Source: Bispira polyomma
Taxonomy: Eukaryota
Direction of reading: 5' to 3'
NCBI GenBank assembly: GCA_965649765.1
Contig: OZ287756.1
Coordinates: forward strand, 558,001 to 622,000
Length of the DNA: 64,000 bases
Position numbers and translations under genes: made by a program. Positions 1-12,720 of this stretch are shown here, one piece after another. The first letter of the stretch is position 1, and each line of letters opens with the position of its first letter. The notes below the pieces were generated by a model. The model saw only the letters and a list, made by a program, of their open reading frames with translations. It had not been told where the DNA came from and ran no database searches.

Positions 1-1834
1 GATTGCCAGTTGAGACTTTTCTGCACCTCAGCACTATTAGTCTGTCTGTCTAACAGGCTCATGATACATTGGTGGCATGGTGTTTGGAGCACTCCCGCAT
101 TCCACCTGACAGTTGTGAGTCCAAATCTTAGACCACGGCTAAGTGTATGTGGCTGTAAATTGGCAGTACACTTGCTGAAGGTGGGTGGTTTGCAGTGTGC
201 AGAAAACCTTGATAAACTTTACTGTATTTCTTGCCTGCAGTAATGTAGGAAAGTGGCACCTTAAGTAAGGCAATACCTACAACTGGATGGTGACAGATCT
301 GTGACGTTTGTTGCAGAAACTGACCAGCTCAGTCTGACAGGGTGGTGCATGGCATATGTTGTACTATCTATACACACCTTAGTTCCCTACCTGTACACCC
401 TAACATCCTTACATATGACCTGGCTATGGTTTTTGGACTTCTCTATTGGTGAATTGATTCTGCTGTTATGCTTTAGAAGATGCCTCACATCAATACAGTG
501 CTTTAAAAATGGAACTTGCAAAATACAAATTTATAAAATTGGCCTCACTTTTGTAAAATATGACATATTGATTAGCTTGTAAGACTGTGAACAAATCATC
601 TTATTGTCGCCCAGAATTCTCAACAAATATGTCACTTTCATAAACTTCTGAGTTGAATATTCCAAATGTGTGTTCAGTTTATGTACTTTTTACTACTGAA
701 ATGTTTTAAAGCAATTAAAACATGAGAACAAAAAGCATGTTAGTTTTTCAAGCAATATTTACAAGAAGTTGACAGGTGTGTTTCATGGATCCTAGCCGGA
801 TCCTTTAAATAGAGCTGAAGGTTTTTTTCAGTTTTTTTATTAGGGGTTGGGGGCAGGGTGAGGGGGTGGGAGGGGGTTAGCAATCAATACCGGGGCAGAT
901 GTTTCCTCTGTGTAACTGACAGTCAGGGGAACTTGTCTTTAAATTATTAAGTAGGCTTCAGATTACGCCGTCTTCCAGCTATAATTATTTCTTGGCTATA
1001 GAGTGTCTTCAATGCGGCAGCTCGTTTTTGTATTAGGGCGAGTTGTTTAATTCACAGATTTGTTTAACAAAAGTCACATTTAAAGGTTGAAGTTTTGTCA
1101 GTTAATGGAGACATTCTGGTGACTAAAGCGCTAAACAGTGCAAGCTGGCAGTAATATATAGTTCATTGTTTTACCACTGACGTTAATATGACGTCATTGA
1201 GATGAGCTTTGGTTTGTTCCTTCTAGTTTTTGTTACATTTTAGGGAAATTATCCTTGGTAATGTGACGTAAATCAAGTTGCACTTGAGGTCAAATTTCAA
1301 GGTTATTTACTAATCTAGAATGTTTATGCCAAGTTAGTGTATCATTTGATCCTATCTATATGGCATACATCACATTATCAACCACACAGAATAAGCCCAA
1401 TTTCGCATTACACTAACACACTGGTGGATTATGCCTGCTGTAGGTTCAGGTTGGTGTAACACCAAAGTGACTGAACCCAGTCTATGTTGGACCAAATACA
1501 TTAGCAGAAGGAAACTCTGCCGAGTGCACACCTCTGTCAATGCACGACAGTGGCTAATGATGAAAACACCAACAGTCATGGATCTGCCTTTCTACCTGGA
1601 TACACTCTAGAATTTCTAGGTTTCATCCTTTTGGACAATGCCAATTTGACACAGTTCACACATCCAATGTTCAGATGATGGGCTCTTGGATGACATGGGT
1701 TTCTGTTAGCCTTCCCCTCCCAGGTGCTTTTATTCCCCAAATGATCTTTGAATATGCAATGGGCAATGGTTCTGGACTACTAAAACTGGAGTAATTTGGT
1801 GTAAAACGTTATATGGACTTGTGATGAACTGCTT

Positions 1835-2371
1835 AAAGCCAGGTCACACTTACACGTGCTGGAGCTACGTGTGTGTGACATTTTACGAGTTTTGAAACAT
1901 AGTACAAGGTAATGCTGAAGTGAGGATCCCTGGTGAGTTCGTTCTGTGACATTGCTTAACAGATGATATTATTTCAGAAATGTTTCCGTTTGGTCCTCTG
2001 TAATAATAGTTTCAAACTGTTTAAAATAATCGTAGCAGAGCTCTCCGTTTTTCGAGGACATCTGAGCTCGTTTGTACAAGTAGCATAACGTAGTAGTAAG
2101 AACCGGTTAGTAGTGATGTTGTCATCCTTTGTATGTATCCATTGTGGAATGTTTCTCAAAGTAGCTGTGACTAGGCCCTATGATCTGGTCAGATCTAGGT
2201 ATAAAGTTGTCATAAACTGGTGAAATCCATATCCTGGACATAAACGAGGCATAAAGGGAGATACAAATATATGCAAATGAACATTTTCCCGCCATTCACT
2301 CCCGACCGACCAAGCTCTAATGATCGGGAGTAAACTGGTATAAACATGGCGAGCAGTGTGACTGCCACTTT
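1835..2371. mobile_element. Possible non-autonomous DNA transposon (MITE) with imperfect TIRs
   Basis: Left AAAGCCAGGTCACACT versus right AGTGTGACTGCCACTTT; TSD uncertain. Confidence 0.35.
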
Positions 2372-3525
2372 ACAAAGCAAAGTTTTGTTCCATCCTGTGG
2401 CATAAGGATCTCGGCATCAAGCACATCTTTGTGTATGTATTAACTACAATGTCTTGACTATATGGTTTAGAAAGGGACTTGATTAGGTTCAGCTTTAAAT
2501 CCCCTCCCCCTTTATACTCCCTCTACACTGCCCCCCCCCCCCCTCTCACTTGTTTCCTTCCTTAAGATGGATACCTTGCAGGAAACCTCCTCTCATTAAA
2601 GAGCACTTTTATTGCAAGAAATAAGAACTTGTTTCTTTGAAAGTCTCGGTAATAGGCAAACCAAAAAACCCAACCAAACTCATAAGGGGAGGGGGGATAG
2701 GGGGGTAGATGGGGCAGTGGGGGGGACTTCAATTTTCATCAGATAGAAATCTTTGGTGAGTCAAAGCTAAGCTTGTTTCATCAAGGAGGGTTTTCTCTGT
2801 GTAAGCTCTGAGCATTGCCCCCTATATGTACCCCCTCACTTCAGCATATCAGCCCGGTTGGAGGAGGGGGGAGTAGGGACATTTCATGGAGCAGTAAGTT
2901 GAGTGTCTGACACCAGTGGGGGACCAAAGGTGTTTCATCAGGGAGGACAGCAAAAAGGTGCTGGGAAAATGGGGCCAGTTTGGGGAAAATCATGTGGGAG
3001 GAGGGGGGGGGAGTTATAGAACATAAAGTTAACAAGAAGGAAAGTTGAATTCATACAAATCCAATCCTTCTGATACACCCCTTATCCGCTGTATATAACA
3101 AATATTGAAGGTCTTGCTGGGTAGAGCTTGGCACTCGCTTCAGACAATGCTAGAATGTTGTCTTTTCTTTACTTCCTCTACTCTTAAATTGTGATAAATA
3201 ACCCACCATAAGATTCAATTGCTGCCATCTTGGAATTCCTGGTGCACCTCACCTTATAGGAGATTACTCAACACTGCTAAATTTGTTATTCCGAGGATCA
3301 ATTCCAAGGCCTTTTAACTTCGCATTCCTTGTTTGTCAGATTACCGACATATGCTCAAAAAATCAATCCAATATGGCTGACACCTACTATGGATGTGCAT
3401 GATGAATATTTCTGGTTTATAATCAAATTAAAGGCATTAATTAGTAAAATTGGGCTTTAAGAGTTAATATTATGTAATATTAGTCGGCACTGACTGAAAT
3501 TTAATAACTAAATTGTTGGCCATGT

Positions 3526-6500
3526 TGTGGCGAGACGGGGGTACCCGGTTGGGTTATTTGTTGGTGTCTCCCAACACGGGTCCAAGTGTGTATCGTGGTG
3601 ATTACCCCGCCCCGCACCACCTATTGTACCCGCAGAAGTTCAACCCTGTCGTGGAACGGGTCGATGGACGGTTGGTACTCTACAACCCGACCGCCCCCTT
3701 GTCAGGCTTCTGCCATTGCTTGTTCACTTGGGCCAAATCAGTAAAGTATAAAACTTTATAGTAAAGTAGCTGCCACCAGGTTAAATTATGGCTTAACCAA
3801 CCATTACAAATATCTGCCTCATCACCTGATTTCCGTGTTATTTAATACCTGGGGATGGCCAAACTCATTTAACCCTTATTGGTGGCTATTCCCCCTTTGG
3901 TTCCAGACCAGACAAACTGTCACTAACCACCTGAGAATCCCACTAAACCAGTTCAAATTCCAAATTATACCACCTTACATCCCCAACCTTGGTACTGTCT
4001 AAATTATACAAAATCAGCCTACTAGTTTGGATGTTCAAGTAAACGTGGTAGCGTGACACTTGAACATCCCCAGTTCTTTACACCTGCCGAGCTAAACTGT
4101 AGAGTAGGAAATCGTGGGCAAGATGAGAGTTTTGCAGCCTAGGCACGGAGACTTCAGCTAAGTTGCAGCACACCAGGACAGCTATCACATATGGATCTTA
4201 CCTTAAATGAAACTTAAACTAAAGTGAAAGCCAATTAAAGTCACCTTAAAGTGAAACTTAAACTAAAGTAAAGGCCAATGAAGGTCACCTTAAAGTGGAA
4301 CTTACACTAAAGGTCAATCAAGATCACCTTAAAGTGAAACTTAAACTAAAGTAAAGGCCAATCAAGGTCACCTTACAGAATTGTTTTAAATCAGTATTAC
4401 ATAACACATGTCAAGTGAAACACAAGATGTAATAATAATAATAATAATAATAAAGTTTTATTGATAAAATGGAATACCCAGTTGGGTGTAACATGGTAAA
4501 AATGTGTTTAAAATGAATGGGTAATTACGTGTAAATGAAATACCAGTTGACTAAGTAAATTTAGTAAATGCAACCAAAAGTGCCAGAATTTAATATTGAG
4601 GGAAATTCAAGAAATAAAGAAATACAGTGATTAAAGCAAAAGTAAAGGATTAATAACAGCAACCACAAATTAATGTGAGTGAGAACATTATTAAAAGCAT
4701 TTAAATAAGGAAATTATATTAAGATATTACACTTATGTATAGTTACGAAACAAAAGAAAACCATCACAAGAGAAAAGGGGCCAACCATAGATTGTAGAAA
4801 TATGTGTCAGGTTATTAATTATCAGAACAATCCCATAGGTGATAATTTAGAATAACAGTCAAGTGAATAAAAACAAACAAACCAGTGAATTTTGCAAGGG
4901 GATGCCAAAATTAGGTAGTAATAAGTTAAATTTATAATCAATAATAAAACCAGGAAATTTATAATAGGTTATATATAAATATATAAACTTTTATATTAAT
5001 AATGAGAATAATGAAATATGATAATTTATGATAAAACCCTATATTACTTTTAATAATGTGGAGAGAGAGCCAAGTCTGTACTTGGTCTGCCCTGATACCA
5101 CATAATTAAACTAGTCTTGAAGTGTGGTTCGAACCACATCCACAGAGCTTCCTGGTTAGGAGTTATGGGGGAATATATTTACATGCCGGACCATTTGTAC
5201 AGATGAAACATATAATCCACAAAATATAATTAACACAAGATATAAAATGTACTTACAGTCATGTGATAGTCCAAATTAAATATAATACTTTAAAGTTACA
5301 ATAAACATTTATTTAAAATTAGCTCAGAAATCCTTGGAAGAATTAATTACTCATTATTATAAACCAATTGACCTAATTACTGTAAAATCATTATGCACAC
5401 TAGGGTGAATAAACCTCACGTGTTTATCAATTAACATACTACTACATACCGGGCTACAATATGTACAATATATACAAACTATACCCAGCCCTACCCTTAC
5501 CATAAACTTTTCCCAACCCATAATAACAGGACTAGCAGTAATAATGTCCCTTTGTGTGGTAACAGTGAGGAGATCACAGGAAGCCGAATCATGGCCAAAG
5601 CCGAGACACAGCCGGCCGAGATTTACCGGACTGTCCCAACCCAAGGGTTCCCACCGCTAGCACTGTATCCCACTTCGTGGATTTATAAGAGAAAGAGACC
5701 CAGGAAATAACTAAATGAAATGAATGATGAATTAATGAATGATGGATAACTATTGAATGGGTGCAGGGTTCTAATTCTGGGCCAACTGCCACAGAACCCT
5801 CATAGGAGATGCTTTTAAGCCAGGGCTACCCTGGGTAAACTGGGTATAATCCCCACCCAAACCTCCAATGCACCTATCCCCTGGAAGTTAGCAACCAACA
5901 GGGGTGCAGTCACCTGTTTTATATGAGTAATAACAAATACCAAGCCAGCCAATCTGCACTATAAACGTAAGTCCTTCCCCTGGTCTAACAGGGAAACTGA
6001 CCTGCATAGGAAGACCAATCCTAGCCCTAAGTATTTTATATGAAATATGACAATGTATGAAATCAAACTACAGTTTTCAGACATGTGGGTCTAGGATGAA
6101 AGGAAATAGCCAATGGAGGTCAAGATCCCAAATAAATGGCCACTACCTGAGAAATATTTTCCTCCCTAACAATTAAAGTTCAAAATATTAATTTTTATAA
6201 CCCCCTAGTTTACATGATTTTATTATAATAAATTTAGAATAATGATGAGATGATTCACTAATATCTCACGGCCCCCCTATCCCCACTAAACATGATAAAA
6301 ACTCACATGTTAAAACTTAATGAAAACCATACCTATCAAGTGATGCAGGTCCTTCCTCACCAAAATCCCAGCACAAAAGAGACTGAATGTACCATGAGGC
6401 ATCCAGAAGTTCCCCCCAGATCACCCCCCAAAACAGTTACAAACTACCCTTTTGGTTTATCTACCCAAAGTTGGGAATCTCTGGGTGTAAGAGGGATTGT

Positions 6501-6707
6501 CATTGGTCAAGCACCCAAGCTATCTCCCATCCTTTGTCCACGGATACCTGTGGTTAATGCCAAACTTGTTTACTTAGCTGGCGCCTCTCTGCTATTTTTA
6601 GCTTGTTTACCAAATCTCTGTGACCTAGCGGTGAACCGGAAAACGGGAGGGTGCTAAAACTCAGAGCGCCGCAAATCTCGGGAATCAGAAACACCCGGAT
6701 CGTCACA
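3526..6707. mobile_element. 3.2-kb non-coding element with TG...CA ends and 4-bp TSD; probable long solo LTR (Gypsy-like)
   Basis: ATGT|TGTGGCGA ... TCGTCACA|ATGT: 7/8 terminal inverted match, identical ATGT flanks (3522..3525, 6708..6711), no recognisable coding sequence inside. Confidence 0.72.
4198..4375. repeat. ~44-bp tandem repeat (about 4 copies) inside the long LTR-like element
   Basis: Unit AAGGTCACCTTAAAGTGAAACTTAAACTAAAGTAAAGGCCAATC. Confidence 0.85.
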
Positions 6708-6909
6708 ATGTCTCCACCTGTGGTTATTATGTGAACACCAAAAGCATTATTTGTTAATAATGCACATAAAATAAGGATCTTTTGGTTTATAGAATTTTTC
6801 GATTTTGCTTCATTTTTCTAAAAAATGATTTAAAGACAAATTGGCCAGGTAAAATTAAAACTTGAGCGCACATGCGTGCGTGCTTAAGTAACAGTCTGGC
6901 TTATAGAAG

Positions 6910-8420
6910 TTTGTACTTGTGTTAAACTGACAATTTGTTCACAGTGTATCATTTGTACTTGTGTTAAACTGACACTTTGTACACAGTATATCATTCATAC
7001 CGGTGTTAAACTGACACTTTGTACACAGTATATCATTTGTACTCGTGTTAAACGGACACTTTGTACACAGTATATCATTTGTACTTGTGTTAAACTGACA
7101 CTTTGTACACATTATATCATTTGTACTTGTGTTAAACTGACACTCTGTACACAGTATATCATTTGTACTTGTGTTAAACTGACACTCTGTACACAGTATA
7201 GCATTCGTACTTGTGTCAAACTGACACTTTGTACACAGTATATCATTTGTACTTGTGTTAAACTGACACTTTGTACACATTATATAATTTGTACTTGTGT
7301 TAAACTGACACTTTGTACACATTATATCATTTGTACTTGTGTTAAACTGACACTCTGTACACAGTATATCATTTGTACTTGTGTTAAACTGACATTTTGT
7401 ACACATTATATCAGTTGTACTTGTGTTAAACTGACACTTGGTACACAGTATATCATTTGTACTTGTGTCGAACTGACACTTTGTACACAGTATATCATTT
7501 GTACTTGTGTTAAACTAACACTTTGCACACATTATATCATTTGTACTTGTGTTAAACTGACACTTTGTACACATTATACCATTCGTACTTGTGTTAAACT
7601 GACACTTTGTACACAGTATATCATTTGTACTTGTGTTAAACTGACACTTTGTACACATTATATCATTTGTACTTGTGTTAAACTGACACTTTGTACACAT
7701 TATATCATTTGTACTTGTGTTAAACTGACACTCTGTACACAGTATATCATTTGTACTTGTGTTAAACTGACACTTCGTACACAGTATATCATTTGTATTC
7801 ATATTAAAGTCACACTTTGTACACATTATATCATTTGTACTTCTGTTAAACTGACACTTTGTACACATTATATCATTTGTACTTGTGTCAAACTAACACT
7901 TTGCACACATTATATCATTTGTACTTGTGTTAAACTGACACTTTATACACATTATATCATTTGTACTTGTGTTAAACTGACACTTTGTACACATTATACC
8001 ATTCGTACTTGTGTTGAATTGACACTGTACACAGTATACCATTCATACTTGTGTTAAACTGACACTTTGTATACAGTATATCATTTGTACTTGTGTTAAA
8101 CTGACACTTTGTACACAGTATATCCTTTATACTTGTGTTAAACTGACACTTTGTACACAGTATATCCTTTATACTTGTGTTAAATTGACACTCTGTACAC
8201 AGTATATCATTCATACTTGTGTTAAACTAACACTCTGTACACAGTATACCATTCATACTCGTGTTAAACTGACACTCTGTACACAGTATACCATTCATAC
8301 TCGTGTTAAACTGACACTCTGTACACAGTATACCATTCATACTCGTGTTAAACTGACACTTTGTACACAGTATATCATTTGTACTTGTGTTAAACTGACA
8401 CTTTGTACACAATATATCAT
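6910..8420. repeat. 42-bp minisatellite, about 36 copies
   Basis: Unit ATTTGTACTTGTGTTAAACTGACACTTTGTACACAGTATATC. Confidence 0.97.
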
Positions 8421-10426
8421 ACTTTTTTAAAACTTCTATAGTTTTTTAGTACTCTATGTGGACGCTGCACCTTAAGTTTAGTTTGTAAACTAGATAATTT
8501 TCATTGGTGGTACCTGACAACAGATTTGCTAAGCATCGGACATTGCATGAATAGATGTAACATATATGACTGGCATTTTGTCCCCAGATATATGGCCATA
8601 TGCTCTAATCTGTGCACTATTGAGGAGTTTGTGGCACTGTATGAGGCAAGGTGTCTGGATCTGTAATGGTTTTTATCAAGCACAGGCACCGCCATTGACA
8701 AGTGCACCACCATCTTATAATAAGGCCTTTGTAGATTGGTTGGAAGCAATCGACCCGTCCAAACTGAAGGGAGTATTTTTTTGTGACCATATCAACGTTA
8801 GTGTGTTTTAAAGGACAACTCTTGTTTTGTTAAGATATTATCTGTTGCTGTCTGTGAAGGTGTGAAGTCTAAGATATGACAGCTGAGGGGAGAATCCATT
8901 AAGGAAACCTCCTAAAAGAGAGCAGTCCTACACATTACAGCCCGGCTGTGTAAAGAGTGAGGGGCTGAGGGGGGTTAACGGGGGCTTTTAATGGAGTCTA
9001 TTTACCATGTTATTTAGTTATATTTAGTTATATACAGTTATATTTGGTGAGATTAAGTGGCTTATTTACAATGTGGTTTACTTAAGTGGCTTATTTACAA
9101 TGTCAGTTAGATATACATTGAGTGAGCTATTTTGTTTAAGAATCAGTTATTATTTACCAAGTGCTTCAGTTTTGAAATATTTACAGTTTTAGGTTATTTA
9201 CAGTTTTGTTGACACTTAGTTATATACAGTACATTTTTACCATGTTAGTTACAGAGTTTGTCATTTACCATGTGGTTTAGTTATGGACAGTATCAGTTTT
9301 TTACCATATTGTTTACCTATTATATATATATAAACACGATCTGTTATTTACTATGTGGTTTAGTTACAAACATAATCAGTTATTTACCATGTGGTTTAGT
9401 TATAAACAGGATCAGTTATTTATCATGTTGGTTTTACTTTTTAAATCACACTTTAATTTTATTTATATAATGGGACTCTTAATAATTTATATATACAACC
9501 TTTTACTTCAAATGACTGTCAATTCTTTCACAAACATATTGAAGCCTTTACATTACCAGAAATCTCCTCCCCATTACCACATACACACTTTTTTATCCAC
9601 CCCCTTCAAAAGCTCTGCATGTTCTATAATTACTTTCTAACACAATCATTTCAGAATAAATTCCTTGGGCCACTCGGGAGGGCTGTTTCTTCATGAAGCC
9701 AATCTGTTCTTGGCGCATGCTTCAAAGAAACCGATTAGTCATGAAAATTGTGAAATATTTGTTGCTTATTAGAGTTGACAGCAACATTCATAATTTGTGC
9801 CTAGTAAGGGTGGACCAAACTGGTGTGTGAGGGTGGGGAGGGGTAGTGACTGAGGTGGGGACAGGGTGTGTAGTTGGGAGACAGTTATGACGTCATGGGT
9901 TGGCCCTACCTAAAAGAAGGCATACATATAAAAATAGGCGGATACAGGTTTTACTGGAGAATTCATCCTCTAAATAAGTGGATGTAGTTTTATGATACTT
10001 TAAGTCAGAGCTGGATAAAAGAGAATGTAGCAGTATATGCCTGTAATGATTTCTGCATGTGTCAGTAATGTAATTAGTACAGATGAGTTGAGTCCTAAGG
10101 CATTTGATACTATGTGGTTTGTGGCTAACCCAGCCCCTAATAACAGTTTGCAATACAATTCAATGATACTTCCTTATAGCACAGACAATCCCTAAGTCCA
10201 TATTTCGTGGCAATTTGCAACTGGCCTCATCAGATGTTATGTTATTTTACACATCACTGTATGTCCCCTTTTTCTGGGATTCAAAGCACTAACTTGGATT
10301 TGTTAGATTAAACAAGTACAGCCAGCTTTGCCCCAGTAATAGTCATCCAATAGAAGACAGAGGCTTGAGGATGACCCATTTTATCAACATCCTCAAAGTT
10401 CATAAGCCTACCAGTTAAAATGGGTA

Positions 10427-10760
10427 ACAAATTACAGAAGGTCACCATATAGGCGGTTCTCAGAGCCACCCTATGCACTTACCTTTATCTGGGAGCTAAC
10501 AAACTACAAAAGGCCATCATTTAAAGCGGTCCTCAGAGCCACCCTATGTACTTACCTTTATCTGGGAGCTAACAAACTACAAAAGGCCACCATTAAGGTG
10601 GTCCTCAGAGCCACCCTATGTACTTACCTTTATCTGGGAGCTAACAAACTACAAAAGGCCACCATTAAGGCGGTCCTCAGAGCCACCCTATGTACTTACC
10701 TTTATCTGGGAGCTAACAAACTACAAAAGGCCACCATTAAGGCCACCATTATCTGGGAGC
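10427..10760. repeat. 72-bp tandem repeat, about 4.5 copies
   Basis: Unit AACAAACTACAAAAGGCCACCATTAAGGCGGTCCTCAGAGCCACCCTATGTACTTACCTTTATCTGGGAGCT. Confidence 0.95.
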
Positions 10761-10784
10761 CCCAGACTAAGATCAAACCTAGGT

Positions 10785-11096
10785 CCACTCTATTACTAGG
10801 CCACAGTATTACTAAGCCACTGTATTGCTAAGCCACTCTATTACTAGGCCACAGTATTACTAAGCCACAGTAGTACTAAGCCACTCTATTACTAGGCCAC
10901 AGTATTACTAAGCCACTGTATTGCTAAGCCACTCTATTACTAGGCCACAGTATTACTAAGCCACAGTATTACTAAGCCACAGTATTACTAAGCCACTCTA
11001 TTACTAGGCCACAGTATTACTAAGCCACTGTATTGCTAAACCACTGTATTGCTAAGCCACTGTATTACTAAACCACTGTATTACTAAGCCACTGTG
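10785..11096. repeat. 16-bp minisatellite, about 19 copies
   Basis: Unit CCACAGTATTACTAAG and variants. Confidence 0.95.
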
Positions 11097-12149
11097 TGAC
11101 TCACTGGGCCTCGGTGTAAACATTTTAGTTCAAGTTCTTTGTAGTCATGACTTTGTTTTGTCTTTCAGTGTCCCATAGAAAGGTGGTAGACTTTCGGTTT
11201 CCTCTATTAAACCCAACAAGAAAGCTGGATCCAGAGCTGTCTCCAATAGCAACCTCCAAGTGATGGAAACGTCTCCCAATTGGGCTTAGATAATTTAAAC
11301 TTCAAAAAACTTCAAACCTATCTTTCCAAGTTGGCGTACTCCCCTTAATTCCCTCCTGTACATCTACCCATCCTTGACCTGGCTATTCATTTAAGAAGAC
11401 GCCCAGCATCAATAAAGCGTGGTTAAATGTATAATAATACTATAAACTGTCATACTTCTGTACAATATCTGGTCCATATCTTGCCGTTCTTACAAAGGCG
11501 CTCCTCACATATGTACACTGGTGTCACATCTCATATCACTGTCACCATGACAATCTGACTCATCCTATCAAATATTCATACACCAGTAGATGTCAGTGTG
11601 AGTGCAGGCTTTGTGTGCATGTCCTCATTACCTACAGTAAAAAACTATACTTTTGCTGGCTTTGTGGTCCATACTTAGACTAGTGTTGTTGTAACATACA
11701 GGCCTAAGGGGGGGGGGGGGGGAGTTGTCAGGAGTGAAGACATAAACAATGTATGTTTGTAGTGTAAGCTGCTCCCTAATTGTCAGGATCTGCAGTGGAT
11801 GAGATATAGTCCCTGGAGGGTGTACAGTCATACACATACATAGAGACATACATTTACCCATACATGCATGCATACTCACTAATTGTCAATGGTATACAGT
11901 AGATGAGATAGATGACATACACCCATACATAGGCTCTTACATATATACATCTAACCTTACATCTAAACATTTTTACACTGATATACACACTCTTACTTTT
12001 AACCTCACATGTACACAATCATTGGGAAAAGGGCAGGGGGTGGGGGGGAGGGGGGGGTTCGACTGCCAGAATATATTGTAAACAGAAATATGGTGAACAC
12101 AGGCTGCATCTCCAACATGATTTTAAAAGTGGATCCTGGCCCCATATTG

Positions 12150-12560
12150 GACATTTCACCTCTATCATACATTTCACCTCTATCGTACCTTTCACCTCTA
12201 TCGTACATTTCACTTTGATAGTACATTTCATCTTCACTTCATTGGATATTTTACCTCTATCATACATTTCACCTCTACATTATTGGACCTTTCACCTTTA
12301 TCGTACATTTCACTTTGATAGTACATTTCACTTTCACTTCATTGGACATTTCACCTCTATCATACATTTCTTTCTGGACCTTTCACTTCTATCGTACATT
12401 TTAACATCACTATATTGTACATTTCTTCTCTATTGTACATTTCTTCTCTATTGTACATGTCACCTCTACTTTATTATACATTTCACTTCTATCGTACATT
12501 TTAGCATCACTATATTGTACATTTCACATCTATTGTACATTTTCACTCCATTCACCTCTT
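12150..12560. repeat. 18-bp degenerate minisatellite abutting a Ddr splice acceptor
   Basis: Unit ACATTTCACCTCTATCGT. Confidence 0.9.
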
Positions 12561-12578
12561 TCCTATTGTTAACTTCAG

Positions 12579-12720
12579 GATCCGTGTAGAGAACAATGGC
12601 GGTGCTTGGTGTCCCCTAGTCGAAGTCTCGCGAGATGTCTACGAGTACCTACAGATTGACCTTGGAAAGCTCAAGGTCATCACGATGGTGGAAACACAGG
12701 GCAGATTTGGGGGTGGCCAG
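12579..12720 (+). CDS. Ddr: Ddr exon, discoidin domain N-terminal part
   Basis: ttcag| acceptor, CAG|gtaaac donor; encodes (R)[47 protein letters not shown]; not in the ORF track. Confidence 0.93.

Noticed and set aside
6939-8430. Cys-rich ORFs (CTKCQFNTSTNDIL)n resembling metal-binding proteins
   Set aside because: Translation of a 42-bp minisatellite; interrupted by stops, no splice or start context
1-12578. Search for the Ddr signal-peptide and first discoidin exon (C..LGM..I...ASS-type motif)
   Set aside because: No convincing exon found by eye; probably upstream of the window. The short ORFs here have no recognisable motifs.
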